From positions 33,666,001-33,730,000 of the forward strand of contig OZ024752.1 of NCBI GenBank assembly GCA_964016885.1: DNA of 64,000 bases, given 5' to 3'. Under the pieces are notes generated by a model. That model was given only the letters and a program-made list of their open reading frames with translations. It was not told where the DNA came from and did no database searches. Positions 59,750 through 64,000 of the stretch are shown piece after piece (the stretch's first letter is position 1; each line of letters starts with the position of its first letter). Both the position numbers and the translations under genes were made by a program. This stretch comes from Eledone cirrhosa (lineage: Eukaryota).

Positions 59750-59845
59750 CCCGTAAAACAAATATTTATTAGTAGTACAGATTAAAAGTTTCTGCTTTCA
59801 CCCTAAGTGGGATCATCAGGATGAAAGCGGAAACTTTTTGCTTAA

Positions 59846-60197
59846 CCCTTCAACATTTAAACAGGCCACAATTCTCTCACTTCTTTCTGTTCAAACCGGC
59901 TGTAACTTAAAATAAATAATTGTTTCTACTTTTGGCTCAAGACCAGCAATTACCCAGTGCATTACTGGTACTGTATTTTATCGACCCCGTAAGGATGAAA
60001 GGCAAAGTTAACCTCGGCGGGATTTGAACTCAGAATGGCAAGGGCCGTAACTCTATGCGTCAAAGGATGGCGTCCGACCCTCTACCGATACTGCCAATTC
60101 AATAATATCAAAATCTCATAGATTCGATATTATGTGAGATAAAGCCTTTACCACGAATATACAATAGTATATATAGAGTAATGTAAATGGTAAAGGG
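59846..60197. mobile_element. piggyBac-like MITE with a nested SINE
   Basis: TTAA|cccttcaacattt...aaatggtaaaggg|TTAA. Confidence 0.72.
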
Positions 60198-60239
60198 TTA
60201 AACTTTTAATCTGTACAACTAATAATAATTATATATATA

Positions 60240-61132
60240 CAGGGTGCGGACGATATCTGTTCACAAGATTACTGTCCAGGAAAAAATAACACAGTAGTTT
60301 TATTTTTTAAGATTTATTTATCAAACTTGGGTCAGTTTGTCTTCATGACTTGTTCTTTCGATCTCACTCGATAAACCAGGCCATTGGCTTTGATGACGGC
60401 CACAAAGCGGCCTCGGAACCGGCTACAGGCCTTCGTCACTGTCCCCCGACTTAGGGCCCTAAAGGCACTTGTGATCCTGGCCTTCAGATCGTCTTTTGTA
60501 TTGCAGCTAGATCTGTTGGCGTCTCGTTCCACTGCGCCCCACACAAAGAAGTTGAGGGGGTTGCAGTCAGGCGATCTGGGAGGCCAGATGTCAGGTGAAG
60601 TGTGGTCGACGAAGTTCTCTGACAGCCAGGCTTGGGTCTTTCGGCTGGTATGGCAGAGCGCTGAGTCTTGCTGCCACACATACGGCCTACCTGCAGCTAC
60701 CTGGTCGATCCGGGGCTTTACTACCTCGCTCAGAACGCGGATGTGGCCATCGGTGTTCAGCTTGAGGCCCTCAGGGAAGAAGTGAGGTGGCATGACATCA
60801 CCTTGACTGCTGACGACACCCAAGACCAATGTTGTCGCTGGAAACTTTGTCTGCATGACTCTGGGCACGTCTTTGGATGAGACAGCGAGCCACCTGTTGT
60901 TCTGGGAGTTGATCTTCTGCTCTTATTTGTCCTCCCGGCGCGGACTCCAAGAAGAACTCTGTGTCTCTTCCCCAAATTTGGAGGTTCAAAATTATTCACA
61001 ATCAACCATTCCGAAAACAAATAATGGAAACACAGTCACTGTCTTTATGAAGACAAGAGTGACAATGAAAGTAAAAAAAATTTGCATAAAATTAACAGTT
61101 GAAAATTGCGAACAAATATCGTCCGCACCCTG
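60240..61132 (-). mobile_element. Internally deleted Tc1/mariner element, DD37D (maT)-type
   Basis: TIRs cagggtgcggacgatat flanked by TA; ORF 60332-60868 has QQDSA..H and WPPRSPDCNPLN, with 37 residues between the QQD Asp and the Asn at the third catalytic position. Confidence 0.88.
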
Positions 61133-61297
61133 TATATATAGTAATAATAATTACAAAGACCAAAATCTGAAGAGGGCTTGATAATGATTGTATATATAAA
61201 ATAGAATATATAAACTTGTAATAATATTTATTATTAGTATAGATTAAAGTGTAAACAAAGAATCACTGCTTTCACCCTATTACGGGATCTTGTTTAA

Positions 61298-61698
61298 CCC
61301 TTTAGCATTTAAACCGGCCATATCCGGCCAGAATTCTCTCACCTCTTTCTGTTTAAACCAGCTGTAACCAGCCACTCATACTGATGTTAAGGAATTGTTG
61401 TCAAAATAAATAATATCAAAATCTCATAGATTCAATATTACGTGAAATAATTATGTGAGGTAAAGCCTTTACCATGAAAATACAATAGTATATATAGAGT
61501 AATGTAAATGTTATGTGAGGTAAAGCCTTTACCATGAAAATACAATAGTATATATAGAGTAATGTAAATGTTATGTGAGGTAAAGCCTTTACCATGAAAA
61601 TACAATAGTATATATAGAGTAATGTAAATGCTATGTGAGGTAAAGCCTTTACCATGAAAATACAATAGTATATATAGAGTAATGTAAATGCTAAAGGG
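61298..61698. mobile_element. piggyBac-like MITE with an internal 60-bp tandem (4 copies)
   Basis: TTAA|ccctttagcattt...aaatgctaaaggg|TTAA. Confidence 0.8.
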
Positions 61699-61921
61699 TT
61701 AAACTGCACTAATAATAATAATTGTTTCTACTTTTGGCACAAGGCCAGCAATTACCAGTACATTACTGGTACTTTATTTTATCGACCCCATAAGAATGAA
61801 ATAATAATAATAATAATTGTTTCTACGTTAGGCACAAGGCCAGCAAATACCCAGTGTATTACTGGTACTTTATTTTATCGACCCCGTAAGGATGAAAGGC
61901 AAAGTTAACCTCGGCGGGATT

Positions 61922-61953
<32 letters not shown>

Positions 61954-62154
61954 TGTTTCCACTTTTGGCACAAGGCCAGCAATAACCCAGTGTATTACTG
62001 GTACTTTATTCTATCGACCCCGGAAGGATGAAAGGCAAAGTTAATAATAATAATAATAATAATATATGTAAAAGGTAAATAGAAATAACAACAAAATCGG
62101 TACAGTATATGGAAGGAATATATTAGGTAAACGCTTGAAATAGCAGGAAGAGGG

Positions 62155-62190
62155 TCTTAACGTTTCGGACGCTAGTCCTTCATCAGAAGA
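62155..62190 (-). ncRNA. Putative minimal hammerhead ribozyme (Penelope-like pLTR type)
   Basis: Minus strand tctt-CTGATGA-aggac-tagc-gtcc-GAAAC-GTTA-aga; palindromic stem III AACGTT; family copies at ~18598 (+) and ~15670 (-). Confidence 0.65.
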
Positions 62191-62274
62191 AAGAATGAGA
62201 AATAAGATAGATTGCAGGGACGGGTGGGGTGGAATTGGAAAAAAATGTCTTTAGATAGAAATAACAGGTCCATT

Positions 62275-62449
62275 CAACACAATATAATTATTCCATTACC
62301 AAAGGTTTCAGGAAACTAGACGATCCTTACAGAAACGTCGGGCCCGTTCATCAGATGAAACTATTTCAACTGATGAATGGGCCTTACGTTTCTGTTACGA
62401 TCGTCTGGTTTCCTGAAACCTTTGGTAATGGAATAATTATATTGTGTTG
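62275..62449. repeat. Palindrome with hammerhead core
   Basis: CTGATGA 62370, GAAACC-ttt-GGTA 62415-62427; tail related to 58250-58340. Confidence 0.78.
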
Positions 62450-62777
62450 TTTATTATGTAATTAAATAGCTCTGTACTATACATAGAGCACTCTTCTTTC
62501 CTTTACCTTTTCTATGGAAATACTTAACACACATATATCATCATCATCATCATCATCTTCGTTTAACGTCCGTTTTCCACGCTAGCATGGGTTAGACGGG
62601 AGTTGTCCCACACGGGTGACCGTGTACACATATATATTATTAGTACACACACACACGTGTGTGTGTGTGTACTAATAATATATATATTAAACAGTCCTAT
62701 ACGAGCGAGACATGGTCACCTGACCCAACTTGCCTCAAATGGGACAAACCCGTCTAACCCATGCTAGATGATAATGA

Positions 62778-62855
<78 letters not shown>

Positions 62856-63249
62856 TTCATTGGACATCGCTCAGCCTCCGGAATCCTCTCCCCCCACCTC
62901 TCTGACCCCTCCCCTTCCACACACGCACACCCACACCGACCTACACCCCACCCCACACCTTTTCCTGAACATGCAACCCCGTTCTTCCCCCAACTCTTAC
63001 TTTCACACACACACATACACACACACACACGTACACCACCTTCAGCCCTCCCCGCCTCTCTCTCCCCACTCCACCCGCCATCACCCCTACACGCTACACA
63101 CCCTTCCACCACCTGTTTTACTTCATGTTTATTTTTATTATGCTTTTATATTTAATTTCATTTGTACCGTTTCCTCTCACCCCCTTTTTTCTATATGTCT
63201 CTCCACCACTCCCCCACACACCCTTGGAACTCTCTTCCCACACACTTTT

Positions 63250-63285
63250 CACCTGAAGAAGGGCTTATCCCCGAAACGTCTTTCC
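63250..63285 (+). ncRNA. Putative minimal hammerhead motif
   Basis: CTGAAGA-agggcttatcccc-GAAAC-GTC followed by AATAAA at ~63319; stem I weak. Confidence 0.45.
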
Positions 63286-64000
63286 CCACCACTACCCCAC
63301 TCTCAAGAGCGTGAAACTAATAAACCTTTGTTCGTACTGCCTCTCTGTTTTGTTCCCGTTCAATTTTTTACTATATATATATGTATATATATATGGAATT
63401 GAGACGTGCTGAATAAAACATATTCTGACTGATCTATTGAGGGCAAATACCATGAAATGCTCAATAAATAGTTAACAGTAAGTCTGGATATTTGGAGTTG
63501 TGATATTAATTCACACTATAAATATGGAACACAGTAAAACAACACAGCACACTCATTACAAACAAACAGATGTGGAAAAAAACTATTTAGCACTGGGACA
63601 GGTCAAATCCTGTACTAGGGCTGAACAGAGCTTGTTGTGGGACAGATCTTAATAATAATAATGAAATTATTGTGTACAGTGCTCAGGTGCACTACAACTC
63701 ATCAAAGGTGCATGTAGAGTACATAGAATAATGTACAAATGTCAGGAAAATGAACAGTGTATGAGTCATGATATAATAATAATAACAATAATGAAATATT
63801 GTGTACAGTGCCCAGGTGCACCACAACTCCACTGCCAACATGGAAGCTAGAACCAAAATAAATATGGATGATTATTATTACATTTCTAGTAGAAAATAAA
63901 CGCAACATGTCGATTGTACAGGGAAATCAGATGGGTTTAAAATGGCATGAATTAGATTGAGAGGAAGGGGTCACATGCTCTGTGGAGTTGAGTAACATAC

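Noticed and set aside
43208-64000. First NEK11 exon with GxGxxG loop
   Set aside because: No convincing candidate found by eye; probably outside the window.

Overview
Eukaryotic, AT-rich and repeat-dense sequence. The SINE, RTE-LINE and microsatellite landscape looks like a cephalopod (Octopus-like) genome, which is an inference. One multi-exon gene can be rebuilt by hand on the minus strand: a NEK11-like NIMA kinase with 13 phase-consistent GT-AG exons from 43207 down to the stop at 10730. Its 5' exon with the Gly-rich loop was not found and is probably beyond the window. Its last intron has a U12 (minor spliceosome) donor and branch point. A possible plus-strand terminal exon ends 15 bp from the NEK11 stop. 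The rest is mobile DNA and repeats: at least three RTE-clade LINE families (their RT ORF carries an inserted C4HC3 PHD-like finger), two tRNA-derived SINE families, a deleted DD37D-type Tc1/mariner, piggyBac-, hAT- and mariner-type MITEs, non-autonomous Helitrons, many mini- and microsatellites including a telomere-like 34-bp array, and a 200-N gap. The most striking unexplained structure is a dispersed set of ORF-less palindromes and short elements, mostly embedded in (TA)n, carrying type-I hammerhead ribozyme cores (CUGAnGA-stem-GAAA-UH). These resemble non-autonomous Penelope-like pLTR/retrozyme derivatives. All coordinates were read by eye and repeat boundaries are approximate.
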